Positions 50,180 through 62,594 of a DNA stretch of 64,000 nucleotides are shown here, piece after piece. The stretch lies in contig CM121341.1 of NCBI GenBank assembly GCA_051530055.1, forward strand, positions 4,566,784 to 4,630,783. Direction: 5' to 3'. A model generated the notes under the pieces. That model was not told where the DNA came from, searched no databases, and was given only the letters and a program-made list of their open reading frames with translations. Positions within the stretch are counted from its first letter, which is position 1, and the number at the start of each line of letters is the position of its first letter. Both the position numbers and the translations under genes were made by a program. This DNA comes from Neoechinorhynchus agilis. Lineage: Eukaryota > Animalia > Acanthocephala.

Positions 50180-53100
50180 CTAAATTCTACTATAAGGATT
50201 ATCTCCTAATCTTTTTTGATTATCACGACGCAACTCGTGAGTAAATCGCTTAATTTTTACGAAATTGTTCTCATGGATTCTCTTCACGACTGCTAATTTA
50301 GTTCTTTTGTTTAAAGGACGTTGATCATTGTAACAAGGTTCACGTGTTCCATGGAGAACGAGTTGCCACTCTTGAAACACAAGAGGTGGTTTCGCGTGTG
50401 GACTCTTCGGATGATCCAGATACTCGATTTCTAGCGTCCACGTCCCTCTGGCACGTTCGGCCCACATATGAGTTGTCATGAACGGCCAGCGGTCGAATCC
50501 ACCCGATGACTCATCTCGAATCCGTGGTTGAAGCAAAAGAGATCTCGTTTTAAGTGGAGACGTTAAATGGATTGTTATGAGACCACGACGGCCACCGATC
50601 ATCGAAATGAACGATTGGACGTGTTCTAAATAGTTCACTTCAAAGTGTGTGCCAACACAAACTGTCGTATTGATTTGTAACACTAATCGGTCACCGGGCA
50701 TCATAACGGTCGGCTTCGATATAATTCCGGCTCTACAAAATCGACGCGGAGGCAATGGGACCCATTTGAGTGCAAGTTTGACCATATCGCCAGCGTCAAG
50801 AACACCGTAGCCGAACAAATGGTTGAACTCGAGACCAGCTCCGTTCAATTGCCATAAATGACGCTTTAATGGATCAAATAAATGATTCCGCTTTGCAGTG
50901 AGGACCGTAAGATGTTGAACGTCACGCCAAGTGAGATCAGGACTATAATGGATAAAGTTTAAATGTTAGGTAAGAATTATTATTGTTTAGAAAATTGATT
51001 TGTTCATATTTTGGTTGTTCTCTGGCGTGAAGAAATTAGATTTTATTTTAAAATCCGATTGTTTTCGGGTAAAAACTTACAAACGACCTTTCTGATAAAT
51101 GTGCGTACAAGATTTTGTGCCTCCGAAACCAATCGGATTTTGAAATCATTTTAATTTTTCTACGCGTCAGAAAACAACTAAAGGATTTATTGTTCTTTAG
51201 AAGTCTTTAGCCTGGTAAATAATTTTGTTTGTTAAAAACGATCTGCGAAATTCACTGTAGGTTTATCATCATCAGTTTGTTAGTTATTAAAAGACTGGGC
51301 GACGTTCGCAGTTCGTTTCTAACAAACAAAATTATTTACCGGGCTGAAGACTTCTAAACAATAATCCCATTGGTTGTTTTCTGGCGTGAAGAAAAATTAA
51401 AATGATTTTAAAATCCGATTGTTTTCGGCACGGTCACATCTTTAAAAACTTGCAAACGACCTTTCTGATAAATGTGCGTACAAGATTTTGTGCCTCCGAA
51501 ACCAATCGGATTTTAAAATCATTTTAATTTTTCTACGCGTCAGAAAACAACTAAAGGATTTATTGCTCTTTAGAAGTCTTTAGCCTGGTAAATAATTTTG
51601 TTTGTTAAAAACGATCTGCCAAATTCACTGCAGGTTTATCACCAACTGTTAATTATTTAAACACTCGGCGAAGTTCGCAGTTCGTTTAAAAAATCATTTA
51701 CCAGGCTGAAGACTTCTAAACAACAATAATTCCATAATAGATAAAGTTTAAATGTTTTAGCTGGATAAAAACTAACTTTGCTTCTAGTGCCAGCGCAAAA
51801 ATGCCAGCCGCCTGAGGAGCTGATGCGGATGTACCACTATGATACAAAGTACATCTACCGTACAAATCCGTTGTGGCTACACCGATGCTCCTCGCATGTT
51901 TTCTGCTTTTGCGACCATTACTAAATGTCGATGCTAAAGTAGATGAACAAGACTCATCGAATACGGCCATTTCGCCATTGCTTATAGCTGAATTTATCGA
52001 TATTGTCCACATTGAATTGGTGTAACCATCGCAATTGCAATCGTCGTTTCCTCCTCCATCTCCCGATGCCCACACGAATATATTCCCCTTTCCTTTCCTG
52101 CCCTATAAATCAATAAATTCTTTAACTTTACTGAGGGGCGGAGAAGGGGGAGCATTGGATGATTCTAACCTCTAAGATCCCGCGAATGATTGCAGTTTGT
52201 GTCTTTTCGCGTGGACCATCAAGGACGGTTCCATCATCAGTTGGCCCCCATGATGCGCTATAGATATCGATTTCCTGCGCTCCATGTGCGATCGAGACAG
52301 CTTCTATCCAATCGGTCATCATTGGTTGATCAAGCATTCTGATTCCAGCCACTTTGGCATCGTAAGCAACACCCACACCGCAAACGCTGTTATCACGCAC
52401 AGCGGCCACTTCACCGGCGCATCTTGTTCCATGACTAAAAGAATTTGAATTCGCTTATATCTTCTGAGATTTTGGAACATCCTTTACTCAGCTTTTCCCT
52501 TTTTAGGCATACAACTAATCTATAGTAATTGCTTAGAGATGGTCTAGTGGACTTTAGCTTCGAAAGTGGGCCACAGAGTAAAGGGGACGAAATGCCTCAT
52601 TGAAAGGAAAAGAAGGAAACTCATTGATTAATATCGCCTAGTCTTCCTCGAGAGATATCTTAGAATCCGGGCGGGGATGTAAAAAACTCATAACTTTTCA
52701 CTTGAGTGTGTGGTGAATATACTCGTCCGGCTAAATATAATTAGGAAATATTTCGAAAGAGAAGAAACCTCCTCGCCTTATGATTTTTAAACATTTACCA
52801 ACCTGATATGGATTTTCTCGAAACCCTTGTTGTTCAGTGTTTTTTAAACGATTTCATACACTTTCATTATAGGAAGAAATCGGTGGGTTATGCGCCCAAG
52901 GAAAAAGCCGAGTAAAACTCGAAGCTTTGAACATGCTCAAACCTGTTAAACCAATCGTCCGTATATCGAGGATACGGGTAAGGATCGAAACTACTATAAT
53001 CGAAGCTGGCTTCGTGATTGTAATTACGGCTCAGATCAGGATGTGTATAATCGATTCCGTCGTCCAGAATCGCCACTGTAACGTTCTTTCCAGTGTAACC

Positions 53101-53328
53101 GAGTGCCCATGCCTCTTCGACGTTCAAATCGAGCCCAGCCTCGCCCATTGAACCATCATTTTTCTTAAGAACAAATAATTGATACGCTAAAAAGCTACCC
53201 GCACTTACCAAATACCACTGGTACTTAAAAAATGGATCCTTTGGAGTGGAATAATTGATAAATCTATCAACAATATCATCGTACGTCTTGAATCCTCGTT
53301 TCTCTCGCTTTAAAACTTCAGAGCTAGT
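50180..53328 (-). CDS. PCSK2: Prohormone convertase 2 (neuroendocrine convertase); 5' exons not located
   Basis: KREKRGF cleavage site, DDGIDYTHPDL, PYPRYTDDWFNSHGTRCAGEV, ASGDGG (PC2-diagnostic oxyanion Asp), HSGTSASAP, P-domain FNHLFGYGVLDAG. Introns include 52942-52435, 52169-52103 and 51776-50943. Confidence 0.95.
50975..51733. repeat. Inverted copy of the 370-bp A+B array (~2 units) inside a PC2 intron, flanked by 23-bp direct repeats
   Basis: gattttgtgc at 51111 and 51484; flanks ataatggataaagtttaaatgtt (50945-50967) and ataatagataaagtttaaatgtt (51734-51756). Confidence 0.9.
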
Positions 53329-53489
53329 CTAAAAAAATTAAATTATTAAACATTTATTCGCTTTTTCTTAAAAAGTTTTTATCCAAATTGTTATAATGGC
53401 TAAAAAAAGTATATTCCAAAAATAAGCGATTTAGAAAGATGAAGCAATGAAAGATAAAGATGTTTCGCCATTTGCAAGCTCTAATAAAA

Positions 53490-54060
53490 AGTAATCAACA
53501 AAAAATTAGTGGTTCGGATTACTTATTTTCGCCATAAAATCTTAATCTCATAAAAAATTCGCAAATATTCTCTATTTGTTGGCAATGTTTATAAACCGAA
53601 TAATCAATAAAAAAAAGTGGTTCGGATTAAGACCAAGTCGTTTTTTCGCCATAAAATCTTAATCCCATAAAAAATTCGCAAATATTCTCTATTTGTTGGC
53701 ACCGTTTATAAACTGAATAATCAATAAAAAAAGTGGTTCGGATTAAGACCAAGTGGTTTTTTCGCCATAAAATCTTAATCCCATAAAAAATTCGCAAATA
53801 TTCTCTATTTGTTGGCACCGCTTATAAACTGAATAATCAATAAAAAAAGTGGTTCGGATTAAGACCAAGTGGTTTTTCGCCATAAAATCTTAATCCCATA
53901 AAAAATTCGCAAATATTCTCTATTTGTTGGCACCGCTTATAAACTGAATAATGAATAAAAAAAGTGGTTCGGATTAAGACCAAGTAGTTTTTTCGCCATA
54001 AAATCTTAATCCCATAAAAAATTCGCAAATATTCTCTATTTGTTGGCACCGTTTATAAAA
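53490..54060. repeat. Tandem array, ~116-bp unit, ~5 copies
   Basis: ataaaatcttaat at 53534, 53651, 53767, 53882, 53998. Confidence 0.93.
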
Positions 54061-54356
54061 ACCAAATAATCGATAAAGCTCCATTCGGTGTCTGCAAAGA
54101 AATTACTCATTATAGTTTCGTTTTTAGCGATGTTCGATTCCGAAATAGATTTATATCGAACCTTTTGGGCGGTTCGTCGTTGGCCTATGCGAAAAACTAA
54201 GAAAGTATAACGGATTAGATTCTCGACATAAGCGCGCTTCAGATCCGAAAGAATTTCATAAAAATGCGCGTGCAATAGTCAAGTCGCCACTCGTTCGCGC
54301 GCGCGCGCGGTGGGGAGATTATTTGTGACGGCATCGATTTTTTCGGATTTTAAGAT

Positions 54357-57300
54357 ATGCACGATCAAGCTTCTGGTAGAAATAATCGGCGAAGACAACA
54401 ACGTGGTGGTCAGAGTTGGCGAAGTGATCGCCGTGACGTTGGTCGTTGGAACGACGAGGATCGTTATTGGGATTCACCCCGGCGTCGTTCTCCTTGGAAC
54501 CGACGTAATGATCATTGGTACGAAGAAAGACGGCCACCTCGGACGAAATGGGCGAGTCAAGCTCCGATGGACACTCGGCAGAGACATAGTGGTCATTATC
54601 GAGGAAACGGAGAAGAACGTTCTGGGGACTTTCATAGTTCGGTGGTATTTGGCGATCACCAGCGACCTGAAAGGAGTTTAGAAGAGAAATGTAGACGAAG
54701 AAGGCAAATGATGGAGCGGCGAATAGCTCTCATAGCTATTCCGGTTGAGAGGCTCGTTGAAGAGCCCGTGGAAATATTGAGCATTGAGCAGCCGGGCAAT
54801 GTGGTGAACCAGTTGGAGGCCATTGAGCGTCTGGTGGTTCGAGATATTGAAGCAGAACAACGAGATCGGTATGAAGAGTTTCTTGAACGAAGACGAGAAC
54901 GGCTTGATTCTTATGTTAAGATCCGGACTACACTGCTGGATTCACGAACGGATCCACCAGCTCCACCAACGGACGCACATGTACGCAAAACTGGAGTTCT
55001 TATACGAAAAATACGGAATTTAACGATCAGTAACAATGAACAACGACGAATTCTCCAAGATCTGGAACGATATAATCTTAAGAGATACATTAGTGAAGTC
55101 AGTACGGCAATCTTTGAGTCCAAGTTTGGATTATGGTGCAAATGATCTTTTTCTCTCTTTCAGTATAGAAAAGAAGATCGTTTGCCAGTAACGGATTTAC
55201 AGTTTATAACGGACATTTGCGTATTGATGGCACGTCGGTACGCTGATTTTGTTTCGGATTTCGCTCCTCGTCTTCTTGAACTTTGTCTTAATCGAAAAGT
55301 GGATTTAAGTGAGATTAAAGTGGCCTGGAAACTGTTCGGTGAACTGACTTTGAACGGATTCTTATCGGAAAAACCTGAAGTTATCCAGAATTTCCGGGCG
55401 GGACTTCAATCTATTTTAATGGCGGACGAACGAGGTGAATGGCTTGGACACGCGCTGCTCTTTGTCCGTCATTACGGTGAAGACTTTTGTGATTTTATTC
55501 CATGGGAAATAAAATGCGCTGGACGAAATCACTCGGACTTCCCACCACCTTCCACAAATCTGGTCAATGAACGATCCGTGTTCGCCGAAATATTCACGTC
55601 CTATCTTGAACAAGTGATATCGACGCTTAAACGTGCCTATCGAAACTATCTGAACATTGTGTCCGTAAATCGTAAGACATTGGAGACTCGCGGAATGTTA
55701 AAACCAAAAAGACAGCAATTCACTGAAGACAGTAGGAAATTGTTGAAGAAAGTACTCGATCAAACCAATAAATTGGCTGAGTTCATTGGTGTAGAAGAGC
55801 GCCAAGACATTGATTTGGGTGATTTTGGAGATGAACGTGAAGCAGCGATTTCGTTTGCGCTAGGAGGAACTGAGATTCCTGACGTTGTTCGGAAATGTCC
55901 TTACGAAAGTGAAGAGTTACGTCGGTTTTATGAAGACCTTCCTGATTCACTCAAACTCACTGAAGCTGAACAAGACATCTTTTGTGCCGATGATGATGAC
56001 GATGATGAAGATGGCGATTGCCAAAATGTATGTCTATCCGGAAATACGTTTTTCCAATCACTCGAAGACATCAATACCATTGAACAATCAGACGCTTTCG
56101 TCAACGAGTTCATGAGCAATCATAATAGTCGTCAGAATAGACAAAGACTTGGGAGATACATTTTTGACGTCAATCGATACCGATCGGATCTTATGACATA
56201 TCACGCCAGAATTGTTGCTACGCTCGCTTCCATTTATCCGTACCTTGGCACTCGTCTTACGGAGCGTTTAAAAGGTGGAATTCGATTTCAGGTAAAGCTA
56301 AGGATCGACGAAAAAACCGATATGCGAGTGAGAATGTGTCGATTCTTGGGTGAACTTGTAAAGTTTCGGATTTGTCCGACCGAAGAAGTTTTAAGTTGCA
56401 TCAAGCATTTGCTGACCGACTTTACATGTTATCGCGCTGAAATGATTTGTGCTCTTCTTGAGTCATGTGGATTGTTTTTGTACCGAACTCCAGAAAGTCA
56501 TAACCGTCTTAGAGTCCTTTTGGATATCTTAAAACGAAAACGCGATAAAATGCGAGATCAAGGCCATCTCGCATTGATAGATTCCGCCATTTACTATTGT
56601 GAAAGAACTGAAGACCAAATTGAAGCTGACGATCACCATAATGCCATGTCGGCCTATGTGGAATCTCTTCCCGTTGAACACCGATTCGTGATGTATTTGT
56701 TCAGATTCGAGATTACCGATGACGTTGATGAAGTAAGCGAAGCAATCATGGATGTTCTTGAACGAGACGAAACTCTTCTTCCGTTACTCGTTCAATGCTT
56801 CTCTCACATTGATCATCTCTCAATGATTCATTTGAGTCTTCTTTGTCAAATCCTTAGCCGCCTCCCATTTGAATACCGGCATAGAATAATCGAATCAATC
56901 ATTGATCGAGTAGGCAGTGCACTTCAAAACAGCTCCGATTTCAACAAATATCAGCGTCTACTCGCATTGGCCACCTATATTGCTCAAATGCTCAAACATA
57001 AAGTAATCAATACGTCTTCTTTCCTTGACGTCTACTACTTTGTCCTTTCACCCAATCAACAAAATCACATTGATCCGTCGGACGCACTTCTTCGTCTTCG
57101 AATGGCGTGTACGATGCTAGAAGTAGGCGGTCTCGTGTTTCGAGAGCTCAATACTAGCGAATCTCATCGACATTTGGATTTGGCCATTCTGTTTCTTCAA
57201 AAGATTTTTTGGTTTGTTCGAAGTTTGCCTTACTGGACGACAGATAACGGAGATGGCAGATGTCTCGTGGTCTCAAGATTAATCCAATCAGAGCTTGTTT

Positions 57301-57989
57301 TTCCGGCAGAAGTCGTTGCTCATTTCTACGACACGGTCGCAACCCTATGGTATGGATTCGTGTTCGCTTGTGATCTCGATCAAGCCGTTAGAGCGTTTGA
57401 CGGTCAGTTAATGGACGAAATGGGAGACGTCCACATTAGCTGCGAAGAAAACACCAAAAAACACGATACCAACGATCGTATAAATTCGCCATTGGACACT
57501 GAGAAAAAGGAGGATGATGAGGACGAAGATGAGGAGGATTTTGATGTGGTTTTTCAGACTCTATTGGCCGAGGAGTTCAAACTTCGTACAAATGAAGTTC
57601 AAACGAAAAGAGCTTCGTTTGCCTTGTCATCAGTTCCAAAAGCAGACATTATCCAACAATATAGCGAAGAGTCTTCGGAGCATCTCGAAGCAAACGTAAA
57701 GTTCACACTTCTTGGACGGTACAAGAACCGGCCGAACGTTACAACCATAGACGTTCCTCGCGAGCTGAATGTTGTTAGGCGAATAGAACAAAACATGAGG
57801 ACTAAGAATCTCGAAAACGAGGAGCTTAAGAAGCGCACTTTACATTTGAGTATGATGCAGGAAATGGAGGAGACTGAGGAGAGTGATATCCCCGTTATTG
57901 AACGACGGGATGTTGTTTTGGATAAACGGGACAATGGCCATAGTGGTGGACGGAGAAATACAAGGACTAATCGAAAACAGAGAAAGTAG
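54357..57989 (+). CDS. UPF2: Nonsense-mediated decay factor UPF2 (MIF4G domains), 2 exons
   Basis: NLKRYISEVSTAIFESK, RRYADF, RFYEDLPD, RMCRFLGELVKF, LLESCGLFLYRTPESH, acidic region. Short intron at about 55130-55168; the exact start codon is uncertain. Confidence 0.93.
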
Positions 57990-58364
57990 GTCCAGCAGAT
58001 CGCCGTCGCCGATGTGGGTGGTAGGTTCTCATCGGAAGTGGGATGTCTTCACACACACACTGTAGAGAGAGAGCGAGGAGCGCTCCCCATATCGTTGGAT
58101 GGCTCTTTTAAGAGATAATCGACAAAAAACACAGACAAATTTATGATATATACATATACGTTATTACGATTTTGCTCCTTGTGAATTCATCAGATTATTC
58201 TGATCAATAAAACGGAAACAGGATTTGCAAGTGCGCGATCAGATGAGTGATCGACCGTGTAATTTGAAGGCAAAGGTTTCGTCCTTTTTTAGTTCGTGTG
58301 GGGAAGGGGAGAAGATTCCAAACATAAAGTCAACCATCGCGATTCATTGGTCCTCAGAGGACTC

Positions 58365-58895
58365 ATCAGTGAGTTTCCTATTTCAATCAAGTATTTCGTC
58401 CCCTTTCTTTATTGAGTCATCGGTGTTATTAGGGATTTTGAACCCTTTGACCATAAGAACTAGACTCGCTCGGCTACCAGTTTTACTTCCTTTAAATTAC
58501 TATTTAGGCCATGTAATTGAGCTCCTAATTTTCTGGTGTTCAAGTGTTTCAAAGGGGCAGCGAAAGGGAGGAAGGTACGAAATAGAGAATTAGCAAGGGC
58601 CCACCCCTTCGCAGTAGAGACGAATGGAGCGCTTGGCAGCTCGGCGCTCTGCTCCAGGATCTCTCGAATAAATTGAGAGAAACGACCGGCGACGCACGAG
58701 CAGGTGTATTCCTGCGACAAAATATCTCGCTCGCAGTACAACGAGGCAATGCTGCTAACGTAATAGCAACAGCCGAGGAAGGAGAGAAGTTAAGATTTTG
58801 CGGACGGTGGTGATTGCACGTTCTGTACTGCACCGATAACTCAATAAACAAAGGGGACGAAATACATGGTTGAAGTAGGAGGAAATTCATTATTG
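58365..58895. repeat. ~65-bp inverted repeat pair bracketing the CRE fragment
   Basis: gtatttcgtcccctttctttattgagtcatcggtg (~58392-58426) versus caccgataactcaataaacaaaggggacgaaatac (~58831-58865), 33/35 inverted identity. Confidence 0.75.
58590..58800 (+). mobile_element. CRE-clade (restriction-like endonuclease) non-LTR retrotransposon 3' fragment
   Basis: PFAVETNG followed, after a frameshift, by LSNKLRETTGDARAGVFLRQNISLAVQRGNAA, the characteristic CRE C-terminus. Confidence 0.75.
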
Positions 58896-59149
58896 AATGG
58901 TCGCTTCCTTGACCTGGGTTCTGTGACAAAAATAGCCATGTAATGATGGCCACGGTCAAGGAAGCGCTTAAAATCGCAATTAATACAGTTTTGTACGAAT
59001 CCTCGTCCGGAATTCAAGTTTGTTAAATTATAATTGTGACTTATCTTCACCATAAGTCAAAATTTACCATCCCGATGGATTTTCTCTCGATATAATTATA
59101 AATGTGGTGCGTGGAGTTTTAAGCCGAGAAAATAAAAGTGGTCCTCATT

Positions 59150-59460
59150 TTCGAGGTTCAGTAAACTAAGACGATCTCAGACATATTTGGATTAAAACAA
59201 AAAGTTTAAATGGCTTATTTTAAAATCTAGACTAAAATAACCACATTTGCGTGTTTCGAAAACATCATGTCAAGAATTTTGATAGATATGTTTAAGATTT
59301 TTCCATACACGGACGAATGGACACCCACAATCCATCGATTTCGGTCTAGGAATGCCCAAGACCGTAAAAAACTAGAATGCTTAAATCATATCAAGAAAAA
59401 AAAGTTTCCGGAAATCTCGGACACACACAAAACGAAGCCAAAATAATTGATTGCGCTGCC
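59150..59460 (-). mobile_element. Second Tc1-like remnant
   Basis: ttccatacacggac...cccaagaccg is shared with 13540-13620; translation LRSWAF...SSVYGKIL. Confidence 0.35.
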
Positions 59461-60024
59461 CGAATTAAATAATTTGTTTAAAAAAGTTGAGTTTCAAGAT
59501 AGAATTAAATAAAAGAAGACAAGATTCTTAAACTAAAGGTTATACTCACGAATTTATAGATCATATCATCATCGAAGAACTCCGACGAGATCGAATGAAC
59601 GGTCGAAAAAGTCAAGATTAAGATTTGAGCGACCACTGAGCATCCTCTTAGAGTCATATTTCTCTGAGAGTTAAGCTTCCTCTTAGTGAGAGACATTCGC
59701 AGCGTTCTTAAAGGAAGCACGCCAGCGCAACAACATAAAGGTTTATCGATTTAGACACAAAGCTCTGTGACTGTCGAACGCAACGTACTATTTTGAAGAA
59801 AAGATCCGAGACTGGTAGAACCAACGCTAGGTATAAAAAACTAACAAAAAAAGGTTCAATGAAGGATTTTTAAGACAAAATAAGGGAATCATGTTCCTTG
59901 GGCTCGTTAATCGTATTAATAAATAATCCATGCTTTCAAAATATGGCAAGATGGCTCGTTTTACTACTTAACAAAAGATGTGCTACTTTTAAGAAACGTC
60001 GAATTAATTTAAAAATACGAAATT

Positions 60025-61495
60025 CAGTGAATTTTAACAATTTTTACAAGTACAGAAATGGTGCTTTGAGGGAATTTTAATGAAAAATCCTATAGAAATG
60101 ATTGTTTTTATTATAAAATTAAAAAAATCAACTCACCTTTTGAAGATTAGCGTCCGTCCAAGTTTTTGAATTTTCCAATGAAAACTTTCTAAAGAACGTA
60201 TCAAATTCGTTTTAGATTACTTCTGAGAAATAACTTCGGACAAAATGAATTCTTGAAAGATCGTCCTTCAGCTCAAAGACGTGATAATTTAAAGAGACAA
60301 ATTCGATAGAAATTCAAGAATTACAAGTACAGAAATTGTGCTTGGAGGGAATTTTAGTGAAAAATCCTATAGAAATGATTGTTTTTATTATAAAATTAAA
60401 AAAAATCAACTCACTTTTTGAAGATTAGCGTCCGTCCAAGTTTTTGAATTTTCCAATGAAAACTTTCTAAAGAACGTATCAAATTCGTTTTAGATTACCT
60501 CTGAGAAATAACTTCGGACAAAATGAATTCTTGAAAGATCGTCCTTCAGCTCAAAGACGTGATAATTTAAAGAGACAAATTCGATCGAAATTCAAGAATT
60601 ACAAGTACAGAAATTGTGCTTTGAGGGAATTTTAGTGAAAAATCCTATAGAAATGATTGTTTTTATTATAAAATTAAAAAAATCAACTCACCTTTTGAAG
60701 ATTAGCGTCCGTCCAAATTTTTGAATTTTCCAATGAAAACTTTCTAAAGAACGTATCAAATTCGTTTTAGATTACTTCTGAGAAATAACTTCGGACAAAA
60801 TGAATTCTTGAAAGATCGTCCTTCAGCTCAAAGACGTGATAATTTAAAGAGACAAATTCGATAGAAATTCAAAAATTACAAGTACAGAAATGGTGCTTTG
60901 AGGGAATTTTAGTGAAAAATCCTATAGAAATGATTGTTTTTTATTATAAAATTAAAAAAAACCAACTCACTTTTTGAAGATTAGCGTCCGTCCAAGTTTT
61001 TGAATTTTCCAATGAAAACTTTCTTAAGAACGTATCAAATTCGTTTTAGATTACCTCTGAGAAATAACTTCGGACAAAATAAATTCTTGAAAGATCGTCC
61101 TTCAGCTCAAAGACGTGATAATTTAAAGAGACAAATTCGATCGAAATTCAAGAATTACAAGTACAGAAATTGTGCTTGGAGGGAATTTTAGTGAAAAATC
61201 CTATAGAAATGATTGTTTTTATTATAAAATTAAAAAAAATCAACTCACTTTTTGAAGATTAGCGTCCGTCCAAGTTTTTGAATTTTCCAATGAAAACTTT
61301 CTTAAGAACGTATCAAATTCGTTTTAGATTACCTCTGAGAAATAACTTCGGACAAAATGAATTCTTGAAAGATCGTCCTTCAGCTCAAAGAAGTGATAAT
61401 TTAAAGAGACAAATTCGATCGAAATTCAACAATTTTTACAAGTACAGAAATGGTGCTTTGAGGGAATTTTAGTGAAAAATCCTATAGAAATGATA
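60025..61495. repeat. Tandem array, ~278-bp unit, 5 copies, each containing a canonical ~48-bp intron on the minus strand
   Basis: cctatagaaatg at 60089, 60366, 60644, 60921, 61200, 61481; minus strand reads gtgagttg...atcatttctatag. Confidence 0.92.
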
Positions 61496-62594
61496 TATTT
61501 TTACAAAATTCGAAAAGATATTAATAGAAATGGTCAAGATGCACCTTCAAATTAAAAAAGTAAACTACAAACCTTTTATTGGCTCCTTTATGAAACGAAA
61601 ACTCCAATTTACCTCATCGATTGTAAAAGACGAACGAGAACGAAAGAACAAGATCGCTGAATATTGTCCCAGACTTGGACTAATCCTTTTTTCTAGACAA
61701 TGGTTGAAATATTATTTATTTTGTTGGGCTTTATGGTACGCCTTTTACCTCTTTTGATCGAAATGGATCACTTTGTGGAGTTCTGTGAGCATTATCCGGG
61801 ATTCAGCACTCCCCTGGATAATTGGAGATCAGGTTTGTCTTTTCGTTGTGTCTTTTAATCACACTTTTCTCTTTTATAGTCAAAGAAGCGATATTTCTAA
61901 AGGAAATGCTGAATAGAACTTCTCCTACGAACCATGAGGTACTTTTATTAAAAATTCCAATGTTTTGATCGTGAAAGTTCGCTTCGTTCACTGCCAACGT
62001 TTCCTTTTCTTCTTGTAGACACGATTGTATTCGTTTGAACATTTTTGAACCTTAATTTAAAAGAATATTCACATTAAAATCTCGTATTTGACGCGTTTTA
62101 TCCAAAAAACTTAGATTCCGATGATGTTAAACGTTTACGAATGGCTAGGAATGAAAGACCATCGAATGGCGATCTTTGTAATGGTAAACTTATCTTTGTT
62201 TTATCTTTCCATATCTCAATCACGTTTAAAGGCCTTCCTGGACGTGGTTGGTTGCATCGTTCTTGTTCAATTCGTTCAAAATGCTTCACTCGTTTTGGTA
62301 TTTTACCATAGAACGCATTTTCTAATCATTGCTTCACCTTTTTTGTGTAGAAACGTGAAGACGATCTCCTTCAGTCGAAATCAATCACAAAATATCGACC
62401 GATCGGACGTGTTTCGAGTAGAAGACTAATGGCTCTTGCGATGTGAGTCTTTTTTTTCTCGATTTCTTCACACTCAATCAGATCAATGTTGAATCCAATG
62501 AATATTGGAACCGTCTATGCAAAGTCAACGAGCACGGTTCATTGCTCTTTTTTAGGAAGCTTGACACTCTTTCTGGCCATCAAAGGTTAGTTTA

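Noticed and set aside
55130-55170. UPF2 intron with an apparent KEDR insertion as an introner
   Set aside because: Ordinary short intron; no TIR or clean target duplication.
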